Numbered from the stretch's first letter, positions 21,385 through 34,143 are shown. The stretch is DNA of 64,000 nt from Amoebidium appalachense (GCA_963693365.1 CAVNZM010000001.1:1334562-1398561), one strand, 5' to 3'. The notes: generated by a model not told the origin, from the letters alone. Translations and numbers: made by a program.

Positions 21385-22050
21385 TGCCGTGGTTTACAAC
21401 CATTGCAGGTTCACTTTCGTCCAAGGGGATGTCCCCCTAGAGGCAACACACGTCCCGGAGTAGTTTTTCATAGAGGTTTTATTTGTGGAAATTATTGACA
21501 TAAATATTTTTCTGGGTAAACACGTAGGATGGGTGTTCGATACCAACATAACCATGTAGGCTTCATTTCGTGTTTTAGCAGTTAGCGGTTGGCTGCCCGC
21601 ACACGGGCACCTATTAGCCAGTCAAAACATCAGATACCACAGATCACTAGACCGAGTTATGATTGGCTCGGATCAGATTTCACATATCACTAGATCGATT
21701 TTTGATTGGTTCAGATCGGTAGGCTTAGGTATATAAGCACGACAGTTTTTAGCAGATCAGCAAGCTACAAACACATCTTCTGTGTTAAGCATCCACAGCC
21801 TTACAGCTATATATTCCTTTTCACCCACCCACCTACACCCACACACAACCCCCATTGATCCACACATACGTGCTGTTTTTTTTTCACGGGGCGAAGCCTT
21901 CCCCCCGTTTTTTTTTGGGCACATGGACCTCACGGATCAATAAATTGATGACTGGGGGCTTGCCGTGGTTTACAACCATTGCAGGTTCACTTTCGTCCAA
22001 GGGGATGTCCCCCTAGAGGCAACACACGTCCCGGAGTAGTTTTTCATAGA
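21385..22050 (+). repeat. Ngaro 3' repeats B1 (90 bp), A2 (349 bp), 137-bp spacer, B2 (90 bp)
   Basis: B1 equals B2 (TGCCGTGGTTTAC...TTTTCATAGA). The B1/A2 junction CATAGA|GGTTTT equals the joined element ends. Confidence 0.95.
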
Positions 22051-22554
22051 GTTCTTAAATATTTATCTATAAAGTTATAATAATACTAGTTAGTATCTCT
22101 TACAACGTCTACAACTATTCACTTCCAATTATTTCCTTTTTATATACACTAGATGAATGAATGTCTCCTCTGTAATATTACAAGAGGAAGTTTCGTACTA
22201 TTTCCACAGCGATAGTACTATGGTACTGGTATTCTTTTGGTTACCTGTACCATCTCTTACTAAGCTCATAAAAAATAATAGCTTTAGTAAGAAGTAGCTC
22301 TCAATTCGGAGAGCTAAGAATAAGATTAGATTAGATAAGAGAGAAAATAAGAGATATGCATAAATAACAAGCTACTGAAAGAGATAATAACAATTTTATT
22401 CCTAAATACATAAGATTTGATAATCTTATTCTAGGAATAGAAGCTAAAGTGATTAAAGTATAAAAAAGAAAAACAAGAGGAGATAAAGGAAAAAGAACAA
22501 GAGATAATAAAGAACCAAGTACTTTTTAATGAAAATATTTTATTAAAATTCAAT

Positions 22555-22966
22555 TAAAATTTTTTATTGATACATAAGTGATAAATAAATCTTGAGCACC
22601 TAAAAAAGATACTGCAAATAAATATAATATTCCTATATTTATGTCTGCTAATACCCCTCCGAAAAGAATATTTACTCATCCTGTTATAAATAAATAGGGA
22701 ATCCCACTATTTATGTTTACTCATTCTACTAATGTTAACACTAATAAAATAATTTGATTTGCATAATTTGGAATAATCAATTCGTTAACGAATAAATTCA
22801 TTACATTTGCAAAGGGTTGTAACACTTCTCACACTTCCACTATTCGTGGTCCTACTCTTAATTGCATACTTCCTATAACTTTTCTTTTTGATAAAGTTAA
22901 ATATGCTACCCCTATTAAAACTGCTACTTCTATTATTAATAATTTTATTATTAAACTAACTAACAT
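22555..22966 (-). pseudogene. nad1: Decayed nad1 5' fragment running into a short nad2-like piece
   Basis: Reads MLVSLII...VLIGVAYLTLSKRK/IGSMQLRVGP...LQPFANVMNLFVNELIIPNYAN...GGVLADINIGILYLFAVSFLG (Nad1 motifs, frameshifted), then AQDLFITYVSIK. Confidence 0.8.
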
Positions 22967-23744
22967 CTTTTCTCTTTCCTCCTTTTGAATAATTTAATTC
23001 TACTTCTAAGATTGAAGGATACTCCTATTATAATATTGAATTTATTAATTTTACTCCTACAATACTATTAACATAGCACGGAATTACTAACAAAATGTAA
23101 CAATCAATTTAATAATTTCATTGCATCCATAAATTCCCAAATCTTGATCGACTAAAATTCCAAAATTGATGATTTTCCGAAATTTGTCACATGCTGTATT
23201 TAGAATTTTATTTTTAGTTTATATCCTTATGAAATCTTTCAATGTTAAGAATAGAAAAACATTTTGAAAATAAATGGTTTGGTTGAGGTGACTCGTTTTT
23301 AGCAGCCGACAATTTTAAAATAATATGAAATAGAGAATAATCTTATTTTTAATTATCTTATAACAAATCTCTCAGCGGTTGATTCAACTTCCTCACGATC
23401 AATTACCATTACTTTTTCACCTTCAACGGTTCTTTTTCTTACTTCTAATATTGAATGATATCATTCAAATATCCCCTCAATTATAACATTGAATAATTTG
23501 ATTCTACTCCCATATACTAATATCATAGTACTGACTCCTTATTTTGCCTTATAAATTCTGTTAATAACAATTTAAGATTTTCATTGGTTTCATGAAATTC
23601 AATTCCTCATCTACTAAAATTCTAAAATTGACGATTTTTTGAAATTTGACGATTTTCCGAAATTTGACGATTTTTTGAAATTTGATCCTGATCTGCTAAA
23701 ATTCAATTTTTGGCATCTTCTGGATTTAGGATTTTTATCTTCAT

Positions 23745-23860
23745 CTTATATCCTGACGGAAGCTTGATAAAGAAGAAGGGGAGAGGGGGAAGGGGAGAGG
23801 GGGCGAGGTGAAGAATTATCTCTACTTTCTTTCCAAGAAAACGTCAGGATATAAGATGGA
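23745..23860. repeat. Head-to-head junction of two terminal motifs (tip partly deleted)
   Basis: TCTTATATCCTGACGGAAGCTTG...GGGGGCGAGGTGAAGAATTATCTCTA followed by CTTTCTTTCCAAGAAAACGTCAGGATATAAGATG. Confidence 0.8.
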
Positions 23861-23985
23861 ATTCCAAATCCTAAATACAGATAATCCGAAAAATGTCAAT
23901 TTTAGCAGAGCAGGAATGGGATTTTATTAAATCAATATAAGTTTAAATATATTCCTTTAAACAGTAGTAAATCTAGCACCTTTTT

Positions 23986-24090
23986 GAGTAGAGACGGATT
24001 AGGGTTAATCCATTAGACTCTTGAGTCTAATTCCTTGTAGGTTGGAGCACCAAGTTCGGGCTTCTGTAGGTTCGACTCCTAATTTACTTC
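23986..24090 (+). pseudogene. tRNA-like relic (possibly trnQ-UUG) with an insertion before the T arm
   Basis: Acceptor GAGTAGA/TTTACTT, D stem GGAT/ATCC, anticodon stem TTAGA/TCTAA with 8-nt loop CTCTTGAG, T arm GTAGGTTCGACTCCTA. GTAGGTT is duplicated around a 22-nt insert. Confidence 0.45.
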
Positions 24091-24508
24091 TACACCTAGT
24101 CTCTGTCAGGAATATAAGATGAAAATCTAATTCAGAGCAAGGGGAACTGTCATTTTTTTAACTTTAGCCGATTAAAATCAGAATTTTAGCCGATTAAAAT
24201 CGGAGTTTTAGCAGATCATAAATTGGGATTAATATAATTCTTAAATGTAATAAAGGAAGTAAGTACTAAGGTCATAATACTCTAAGAATAAGAAAGCATG
24301 ATTATAAAGAGGAGGTGTTTTTACTCTACGAGCTTGTCGTATCGTTAGGATAAGAGCATAAGACTATTCTTCTAGGAAGGAAACTCTTTTAATACTCTAG
24401 CTGGTTCTTGAATTTAGAGTATCATACTTATTTCCTAAGTAGGAAAGAATAACAAAAACATTATAAATACAAGAACGAGTATTTTAGATATATCATAATG
24501 AGATAAAA

Positions 24509-24600
24509 ATGATGCATATTATAATCGGTGCCTTTGGAGGTTTGTTAGGAACAACTTTCTTCGTATCAACTCATATCGAATTGAGAGTACTGTACCTGGT
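24509..24600 (+). pseudogene. cox1: cox1 N-terminal fragment
   Basis: IIGAFGGLLGTTFFVSTHIEL resembles Cox1 helix I. Confidence 0.55.
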
Positions 24601-25055
24601 ACTTGGAGTTCATCATATCTTGTTAAGACAGCTACCACACTCGAGGATCGTACTTGAGCAGTTCATATCAACTAGTTTTATCAAGTCCATAGCTAATTAT
24701 GCTACTTTAGCTGCATTAGTATTCACATTGAATACCGTGTATAGATTTTATGAATATAAAATGGAGATCTAATGATGATTACAGGTTTCGAACCCAATAG
24801 TTTCGAGGCGGAGTTTTTTGGATTGTTTGGGTTTGAGATTTATCTTGAAGAGAATCCTTCTTTCTTCTCTTTAGTGTATCAGAAGCTTTGCTCTTATTAA
24901 CTTTCTTTAAAATTTACTACCATAGGAGTTTTCTCCATCTATTGAATTAGGATTTAGTATTTCGAATTACTACATCCAGATCTTTTACATCCTATTGAAA
25001 TTGAGACATTAAATTTATGATATGTATCTCTTTAAATACTGCTATTTTTTTTTTA

Positions 25056-25122
25056 CTCCACCTTTACTTCTATTCGTGTTATCGGCATTAGTGGAACAAG
25101 GTGCGGTAATTGGAACTTTTGT
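25056..25122 (+). pseudogene. cox1: cox1 internal fragment immediately 5' of a group I intron
   Basis: PPLLLFVLSALVEQGAVIGT versus Cox1 PPSLxLLxxSALVEQGAGTGWT. Confidence 0.7.
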
Positions 25123-25350
25123 TTAAATCCTCTATAAATTTCGCTATATACTGAGACCACCTTAAATTTTAAGAACTCTTTGAGTACTAAATTTAAAGAT
25201 ATAATAGCTCTTGAGACAAAGAGTAGGTCAATCAGCAGGAAACCAAAGTAGATAGATATCTATGAGTAGGATCCTCAGAGACTACATGCGAAACAATACT
25301 TTTCACTAATGTATAGAACAGTATTGAAGATATAGTCCGCCCTTAAGTGT
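25123..25350 (+). ncRNA. Group I (IB-like) intron core
   Basis: P-like 25136-25156, Q AATCAGCAGG 25230-25239, R TCAGAGACTACA 25275-25286 and S AAGATATAGTCC 25327-25338: canonical sequences in canonical order. Confidence 0.85.
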
Positions 25351-25820
25351 GAAAGGAGCGCAAAGATTTATGATATTACGTGCGTGTACACAAAGCTAGT
25401 ACCTCAAGATAACTTATTTAACTATAGACTGTATAAAAAGTAAGCTTTCTTATAATCTACGATGAGTAGATTGCATGAGCAGCTTTATTGAATAGGAGAA
25501 AAATCTGTTAAAATCGGAACCATAAGACCTAGTTTTCATCTGTTAGATTGAATAAAACTCGTTTATGCTGGTTTAGTACGAAGAACTTTATAAGCCTCAT
25601 TTGTTTAAATCAAGAAATCTCGTTCACGTTGTCTTAATATGAAAAACTTTATAAGCTCCACTTGCTAGAATCGCGAGATCTGAGCTACTTCCATTGGTTT
25701 GAATTTTGAGATTTTATTGGATTAAGGTGAATCTGTTGGGTTAGGGTGAATCTGTTTGCTTGAAGAGAATCTATTCAATTAGAGGAAACATTATCTATTA
25801 TCTCTTGAAGAGAAAGTCAA

Positions 25821-26388
25821 GGTTTTATTTGTGGAATTTATTGACATAAATATTTTTCTGGGTAAACACGTAGGATGGGTGTTCGATATTGACATAACCA
25901 TGTAGGCTTCGTTTCGTGTTTTAGCAGTTCGCGATTGGCCGCTCGCACACGGGCACCTATTAGCTAATCAAAACATCAGATTCCACATATCGCTAGACCG
26001 ATTTTGATTGGTTCGATTCAGATTCACATATCACTGGATCGATTTTCAATTGGCTCAGGTCGGTAGGCTTAGGTATATAAGCAAGACAGTTTTCAGCAGA
26101 TCAGCAAGCTACAAACACATCTTCTGTGTTGAGCACCTACAGCCCTTACGGCTATACATTTTCTTTTTCACCCACCCACTTACACCCACACACACCCCCA
26201 TTGATCCACACATGCATGCTGTTTTTTCACGGGGCGAAGACTTCCCCCGTTTTTTGGGCACAAGGACCTCACGGATCAATAAATTGATGACTGGGGGCTT
26301 GCCGTGGTTTACAACCATTGCAGGTTCACTTTCGTCCAAGGGGATGTCCCCCTAGAGGCAACACACGTCCCGGAGTAGTTTTCATAGA
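25821..26388 (+). mobile_element. Solo Ngaro A-spacer-B unit (568 bp, no ORFs)
   Basis: Starts with the exact left end GGTTTTATTTGTGG and ends with the exact right end TTTTCATAGA. Homologous to 21475-22050. Confidence 0.9.
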
Positions 26389-27204
26389 TATTAGGTTTTA
26401 GGCCTATCATTGTTGTCTTTATATACTTCAATTTAATGTTAACCGTAAGAGTTCCACGGGGAAATAATTTTACCTCTTCCAGCTAAAAACCATTACTTAT
26501 AACTTACGACATAACACATTGTGCCTATTAGTTGAAGGCCTCTGATGCTAACGTCTTGCGTTGGTCATCATGCAAACCTCTTACTTTGGTTTAGCCTTCA
26601 GGGTGTGAAGATCTTGGGTTGGTCGTCATCCCTTGCTGTAAACTCCTTGCGTTGATGTGAACGTCTTACGTGAGGTCTCGCTAATAAACTTTATTATGTT
26701 TTGTAATCAGGTGATTCCAAGAATCTCGGAAGAACCTTATCGTTAAGAGACTTTTTTATACTTTTGTAATTTGGTGGTTCCAAGAATCGGAATAACATAG
26801 TAATCACAAAGTTTAATTAGAAAATCTTCACAAGAGTACAAATCATGCTAGAAGAGTTACTAGCATCTAAGAGGCAAATATGCGTATAGTTAAGATTACG
26901 GACGGATTTTAGATTTTCGAGTCTAACATTCCTAAAAAGAATAGCAGAGTGAGAATGAACTTATTTAGCAGGCAAATACCCATAAAATAGATATTTAAGT
27001 TAGTTTCCCAGAGAGCCTGAGACCAGATGAGAAAGATTAACAGATGAGAAGGATTAACAGATGAGAAGGATTAATAGAGCGATAGGAATTGATGGGTGAG
27101 AGTTGATAGAGCATTAGTTGATCGATGAAGATGATGATTGATGGAGGAGTCGAACTAATTGATCGGAGAATAATTAACGAAAGAGTAGTTTATTGATGAG
27201 GAAA

Positions 27205-27365
27205 AACGGAGGAGTAACAAAGGAGTAACAGAGGAGTAACAGAGGAGTAATAGAGGAATAACAGAGGAGTAGCGGAGGAGTAATAATGGAGGAGTAACAG
27301 AGGAGTTGACGGAGGAGTAATGGAGGAGTAACAGAGGAGTGACGGAGGAGTAACAGAAGAGTAGG
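27205..27365 (+). repeat. ~11-bp tandem repeat (GAGGAGTAACA)
   Basis: About 13 degenerate copies. Confidence 0.85.
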
Positions 27366-27579
27366 CGATTGATGATGATTGATAGACGAAGAGTATCATT
27401 GATTTATGCATCCAATAACACTACTGATTCCTGCACGATCACAATTCTTTCATGCACTCAATAACACTACTGATTCCTGCACGATCACAATTTCTTCATC
27501 CCATGTATCTAAGAGCATATACCCTAAAATCAAAGTACACACATTTGACGATATATATTACCTAATATTAGCTACAAAT

Positions 27580-27785
27580 ATAGGCGACATATTACCCGAT
27601 ATAGGTGACACAATGGCGACACAATGGCGACACAATGGCGACACAATGGCGACACATTGGCGACATGGGTAACACATAGGCGACACATTGGCGACACAAT
27701 AGCGACACATTGGCGACACAATAGCGACACAATGGCGACACAATGGCGACACAATGGCGACATAATGGCGACACAATGGCGACAA
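27580..27785 (+). repeat. 11-bp tandem repeat (GGCGACACAAT)
   Basis: About 16 copies. Confidence 0.92.
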
Positions 27786-27899
27786 GCTTCAAACCGCTAA
27801 CCATAAACTGCTAATTTAAATTCTGACCTAGTAAAGATAAAGAAGCTAGAGCCATTGGAGCTCATTGTGAATTAAATCCACATAAAGTAACTCACAATA

Positions 27900-30420
27900 A
27901 AATTCCAAATAACAGCTCTCGGAGAGCTATTACATTCTGACATCGTGATGACAATCCCCCGATGACGCTCTCTATGTTGAGAGCTGTTACACTTTGACAT
28001 TATGACGACAAGCACAAGAAGTTTACATCATGACGATCAACGCAAGACGTTCGCATTAACCCAAGCTCGCTTAGGCAAAAAGCATTACGCACAGGTACGC
28101 AGTACCGAACTAACTTAGGTGAATAGCTTAAGCAAATAGCATTACGCACAAGGTTTCCATTTCAAGCTAGCTTAAGCTAATAGCCTTGCGCACAGGTACA
28201 CAGTACTAAGCTAGCTTTAAGCAATTTGCCTTGCGCACAGGTATACAGTACCAAGCGGGCTTAATCAAATGGCCTTGTGCCCAGGGATATCAGTACCAAG
28301 CTAGTTAAAACTATTGCCTAGTGTTCATCAGATTCCCTAATTTAAGTTCACTAGATTTTACTTCGTAGAATAACTATTATCTCCTTTTTACAAGAGAGCA
28401 TTGCGAGTCCCAACGAGTTGCGAGTTCTCGACGAGCTTGTCGTCGTATGATGACAAGAGCATAAGAATGTATCTTAGCGATAAGGCTCTGAAGAGACTCT
28501 TATAAGACAGATGCTTCACCCTTAAGCTACACTAGTCATATATAAGTGGATAGTAGAACTTGTAAATTCTTATTACTTTAATGCAAGTACTAAACGAGTT
28601 GCAAGTCCTAGACGAGCTTGTCGTCGTATGAGGACAAGAGCATAAGAACGTTTTTAGCGAGACCAACGCAAGATGTTCACATCAACACAAGAAGTTTACA
28701 TCAAGGCATGACGACCAACGCGAGACGTTCACATCAACACAAGAAGTTTACATCAAGGCATGACGACCAACGCAAGACGTTTGCATCAACCCAAGCTCGC
28801 TTAAGCGAATAGCCTTGCGCACAGGTACACAGTACCAAGCAAGCTTAGTCAAATCGCTTTATGCACAGGGATTCCATTCCATTCCAAGCTAGCTTAGGCT
28901 AGTAGCCTTGCGTCCAGGTATACAGTACCAAGCGGGCTTAATCAAATTGTCTTGTGCACAGGGGTACCATCTCAATCGAGCTTAATCAAATTGTCTTGTG
29001 CACAGGGGTACAATACAAAGCGAGCTTAACCAATTTGTCTTGCGCACAGAAATACCCTTTCAAGCTAACTTAGGCTAATAGCTTTGCGCACAGGGATACC
29101 ATCCCAAGCTCGCTTAGGCGAGTAGCATTACGCACAGGGAGTCCATTTCAAGCTAGCTTAAGCTAATAGCCTTTCGCACAGGTATACAATACCAAGCGGG
29201 CTTAATCAAATTGCCTTATGCACAGGGGGGGGGTATCATCCTAAGCTAGTTTAAACTATTGCCTAGTGTCCATCAGATTCACTACTTTAAGTTAACTATT
29301 ATCTCCTTTTTTACAAGAAAACATTGCGAGTCTCAACGAGTTGCAAGTACTAATACGAGCTTGTCGTCGTATGATGATAAAAGCATAAGAAAGTTTACAT
29401 CATGACGACAAGCACCAGATGACGCTCTCGGAGAGTTATTACACTTTTACATCATGACGACAAGCACCCGATAACAGCTTTCTGTGTTTGAGAGCTGTTA
29501 CACTTTTACATCTTGACGAGAATCATTAGATGATAGTTCTGTGTATTGAGAGCTGTTACACTTTTACATCTTGACGAGAATCATTAGATGATAGCTCTGT
29601 GTATTGAGAGCTGTTACACTTTGACGTCGCGACAACAAATACCAGAGGACGCTCTCTGAGAGTTGTTACACTTTGACATCCTAACGAGAATACCCAAGTG
29701 ACGGCTTTCTGAGAGTTGTTACACTTTTACATCATGACGATACTCCCCAAGTAACGGCTTTCTGAGAGCTGTTACATTCTGACATCCTAACGAGAATACC
29801 CCGGTGACGGCTTTCTGAGAGCTGTTACATTCTGACACCCTAACGAGAATACCTAGGTAACGGCTTTCTGAGAGCTGTTACATTCTGACACCCTAACGAG
29901 AATACCTAAGTAACGGCTTTCGCATCAACCCAAGCTCGCTTAAGCTAATAGCATTACGCACAGGTACACAGTACCGACCTAGCTTAAGCGAATAACCTTG
30001 CGCACAGATACACAGTACTAAGCTAGCTTAAGCAATTTGCCTTGCGCACAGGGAATCCATTTCAAGCTAGCTTAAGCTAATAGCCTTGCGCACAGGTACA
30101 CAGTACCAAGCTAGCTTAGGCTATTCGTCTTGTGCACAGGTACACAGTACCGACCTAGCTTAAGGCTCTACTGAGACTCTACCTGATGCGAATCAAGAGT
30201 CTGATCGGGTGAATTGCGAGTTGCGAGTTCATGACGAGCTTGTCGTCGTATGAGGACAAGAGCATAAGACTTTTTCTTAGCGAGAAAGCTCTGAAGAGAC
30301 TCTCACAACGAGTTGCTAGGACTAGACGAATTTGGAATCCGGGAATTACCAATTCACCTGGTACGAGGAAGGAGAATTTTACAAGAGCATAAGAAAGTAT
30401 CTTAACGAGAAGGTTCGGAA
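27900..30420 (-). repeat. Repeat mosaic (same families as 4660-6620, inverted), with a ~50-bp GAGAGCTGTTACA array at 29400-29920
   Basis: Multiple visible copies of each motif. Confidence 0.8.
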
Positions 30421-30454
30421 GAGACCAAACGCAAGAAGTTAGCATAACGACTAA

Positions 30455-30700
30455 ACAGATACCTCTTTCAATAAAAACAAAGGTACCAGCTAAACGATAC
30501 CTCTTTCAATGAGCACTAAGGTACCAGCTAAACGATACCTCTTTCAATGAGCACCAAAATACCTCTTTCAATAAAAACCAAGGTACCTGCTCCAAGATAC
30601 CTATTTCTATAAGAACAAAGGTACCTGCTAAACGATATTTCTTTCTATAAGAACAAAGGTACCAGCTAAAAGATACCTCTTTCAATGAGCATCAAGGTAC
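30455..30700 (+). repeat. ~38-bp tandem repeat (GATACCTCTTTCAATGAGCACCAAGGTACCAGCTAAAC)
   Basis: About 7 degenerate copies. Confidence 0.85.
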
Positions 30701-31514
30701 TCACAGAAAATAGCTTATGATTTAAACTTGTCTACTAGAGTATACCGTTATAGATACGCAACGATATAAAGAAATAATAAGGAAAGACAAGAATCTTATT
30801 AAATCTTAGGGTTTTCCTGCTTCTTAATAAATAAGTTAATCAAATCTTTAGTAACTATTAACATAGCACGAGATTTCTTACTAAAGACAAGCTAAATCTA
30901 CAGAGTTGGCAAGGTTCTGTGGTTTAGCATATTCTGATTATACCTAAGAAGGGTGTGGAATTCAAAGTAAAGACAAGCTAAATCTACAGAGTTGGCAAGA
31001 TTCTGGAGATTAACATTGTCTGACTTCTTCAGAAAGCACATAATTACTTATATGAAAAGTATAAACTAAGACTGATAGATTAAAGATACATAACTTTAAG
31101 TCTAAAACGAAGTGGCAAATTCATAATAAACTCTTGGGTATACGTTATTTAATAAGCATCTTTAGGAATGAAAACCTTTATTAAGTTCATAAATTGGAGC
31201 ACCGCGAAAGTTCCGTAGATTTCCGTAGGTACCCAAATTATAATCTACTAAAATTCCAAGAGTGGCAAGATCTTGGAGTTTTAATAATTTACCCTACATA
31301 ACTTTAAGTCTAAAACGAAGTGGCAAATTCATAATGAACTTTTAGCTATATCTGCTTTAATAAACAGCTTTATTGATGAAGGTTTTTATAAAATCTATAA
31401 AATCCAATTTCTGCTCTACTAAAATTCAAAAATTGACGCTTTTTTGAAATTTGACGATTTTTCGAAATTTGACGATTTTCCGAAATTTGACATTTTCTGT
31501 ATTTAGGATTTTTA

Positions 31515-31670
31515 TTTTCATCTTATATTCCTGACGTTTTCTTGGGGAGAAAGTAGAGAGGGGGCGCGCGATGAGAATTATCTCTAGGGGGCCCCCTAGA
31601 GATAATTCTTCACCTCGCCCCCTCCCTCTCTACTTTCTTTCCAAGCTTCCGTCAGGATATAAGATCCAAA
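31515..31670. repeat. Head-to-head palindromic junction of two terminal motifs centred on GGGGGCCCCC (31587-31596)
   Basis: AGAATTATCTCTAGGGGG|CCCCCTAGAGATAATTCT is a perfect inverted repeat; looser symmetry extends outward through CGTCAGGATATAAGAT on both sides. Confidence 0.9.
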
Positions 31671-31899
31671 TTAAAATTCTAAATCCAGCATATGGTAAAA
31701 TGTCAAAAATCCGGATCCAGAAGTGACGAATCTGAGAATCGGAGGTTTAACAAATCATAATTTTGGTACCTACGGAAATCTACGGAACTTTCGCGGTGCT
31801 CCAATCTATGGGTTTAATCGGATTCTTAAAGGTAATAAAAAAGAAAGCATTATGTTATAGTACTTAATTAGTGGGAAAACATAATTTTAAAGAGTAGGT

Positions 31900-34143
31900 G
31901 CGAGGACTAAACGAGTTGCGAGTTGCGAGTTCTAGACGAGCTTGTCGTCGTATCATGACAAGAACATAAGACTTATCTCTTAGCTAGAAAGCTCTGAAGA
32001 GACTCTCACAACGAGCTTGTCGTCGTAGGATGATAAGAGCATAAGACATTTCTCTTAGCGAGAAAGCTCTTCTGAGACTCTACCTGATGCGAGAGTATGA
32101 TCGAGTTCACAACGAGCTTGTCGTCGTATGATGATAAGAGCATAAGACTTTTCTCTTAGCGAGAAAGCTCAAATGAGACTCTACCCGAGGCGAGTCTAAA
32201 GTATGATCGGGTGAGTTATCAGATACGAGTATGATAGGGTGAATTACGAGAGGCGAGGCGAGAGTATGATAGGGTGAATTACGAGAGGCGAGGCGAGAGT
32301 ATGATAGGGTGAATTACGAGAGGCGAGTCTGATCTAAGGGTATGATCAGATGAATTACCAGAGACGAGTATGATCGGGTGAATTGCGAGTTCACAACGAG
32401 CTTGTCGTCATATGATGACAAGAGCATAAGACTTTTCTCTTAGCGAGAAAGCTCTACTGAGACTCTACCAGAATCGGATCGAAGGGTATGATCAGGTGAA
32501 TTACCAGAGACGAGTCGAAAGTATAATCGGGTGAATTACCAGAATCGGATCGAAGGGTATGATCAGGTGAATTGCGAGTTCCCAACGAGCGGCGACTCTT
32601 TAGAGACTCTACCAGAGACGAGTCGAAAGTATGATTGGGTGAATTACCAGAGGACCTGTCTCTTCACCCATCTGTACACGCATCTGCATCCCAGGTGACC
32701 TGTCTCTTCACCTATCTGCACACGTATCTGCATATTAAGTGAATTAACTCTTTACTTCTCTTCATCCATCTGCACACGCATCTGCATATCAGGTGACCTG
32801 TCTCTTCACCTATCTACATACTCATACAAGGTGAATAGGCAATCTGGAGATTACAAGAGTCTCAGTAGAGCCTTCTCTCTAAGAAACGTTCTTATGCTTT
32901 GGTAATCTTGTGATTCCAAGAGTCTCGCTTGAGCCTTCTCCCTAAGAAACGTTCTTATGCTTTGGTAATCTTGGGATTCCAAGAGTCTCGCTTGAGCCTT
33001 CTCCCTAAGAGAAGAGTCTTATGCTCTTGTCATCAGACAACGACAAGCTCGTCTAGGACTCTCAACTCGCAGATGTCTTCTGGTGAGCTATCTCTTGATA
33101 GAATATTTCTAGGTGGAAGGTCTCTTGGTGTGATCGTCTTGGGTTGATGCGAACGTCTTGCGTAGGTCGTCATGATCTAAACTTCCTTCGTTGGTCGTCA
33201 TGCCTTGATATGACCTTCTTGTGTTAGGTCTCAGTAGAGCTTTCTCGCTAAGAGGAAAGTCTTTTGCTCTTGTCATCATACTACGACAAGCTCGTTGGGA
33301 CTCGCAATGCTGTTTTGTAATTAAATAGATAGTATTTATGCTACGATATGAAAGCTTGTTAATTTAAACTAGCTTGATACTGTGTACCTGTGCGCAAGAC
33401 TACTAGCCTAAGCTAGCTTGGGATTGTATCCCTGTGCGCAAGACAAATTGGTTAAGCTCGCTTTGTATTGTATACCTGTGCGCAAGGCTACTAGCCTAAG
33501 CTAGCTTGGAATGGAATCCTTGTGCATAAAACGATTTGACTAAGCTCGCTTGGAATGAAATCCCTGTGCATAAAACGATTTGACTAAGCTCACTTGGAAT
33601 GGAATCCCTGTGCATAAAGCGATTGGACTAAGCTTGCTTGGTACTGTGTACCTGTGCGCAAGGCTATTAGCTTAAGCTAGCTTGAAATGGATTCCCTGTG
33701 CGCAAGACAAATCGGTTAAGCTCACTTGGTATTGTATACCTGTTTAAGTCGGAGCCTGTAAAATTTGCGTATCATCTAGGAGATAAAGAAGGTTTAAAAA
33801 GCAAGAGTTTCATTTGAGCCTTATCGCTAAGAGAAAAGTCTTATGCTCTTGTCCTCATACGACTACAAGCTCGTTATGAACTCGCAACTCGTCTAGTCCT
33901 AGCAGAGTTATTATTACTCTAACCGTATGAACTCGCAGAGTTATTATTACTCTAACCGTATGAGAGTCTCTCTTGAGCCTTATCGCTAAGAAACATTCTT
34001 ATGCTTTTATAATTTTGGAATTCCAAACTCGTCTAGTACTCACAACTCGCAGATGTCTTATGGTGAGCTATCTCTTGATAGAACGTCTTGCGTGGATCGT
34101 CATGCCTTGATGCGAATGTATTGGATTGGTCGTCATGCGTTGA
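31900..34143. repeat. Repeat mosaic (double-hairpin motif, GAGTATGATAGGGTGAATTACGAGAGGC array, AAGCTAGCTT/TGCGCA array)
   Basis: 33290-33480 is near-identical to 4795-4990. Confidence 0.8.

Larger units (their letters stand above)
10127..22050 (+). mobile_element. Complete Ngaro-type tyrosine-recombinase retrotransposon (copy 1), interrupted by a copia element
   Basis: Split direct repeats A1 10127-10475, B1 21385-21474, A2 21475-21823, B2 21961-22050. Encodes gag, RT/RNase H and YR ORFs. No target-site duplication. Confidence 0.95.

Noticed and set aside
27406-27804. CxxC-rich repeat ORFs (LCRHCVAIVSP)
   Set aside because: Products of an 11-bp tandem repeat, appearing in several frames.
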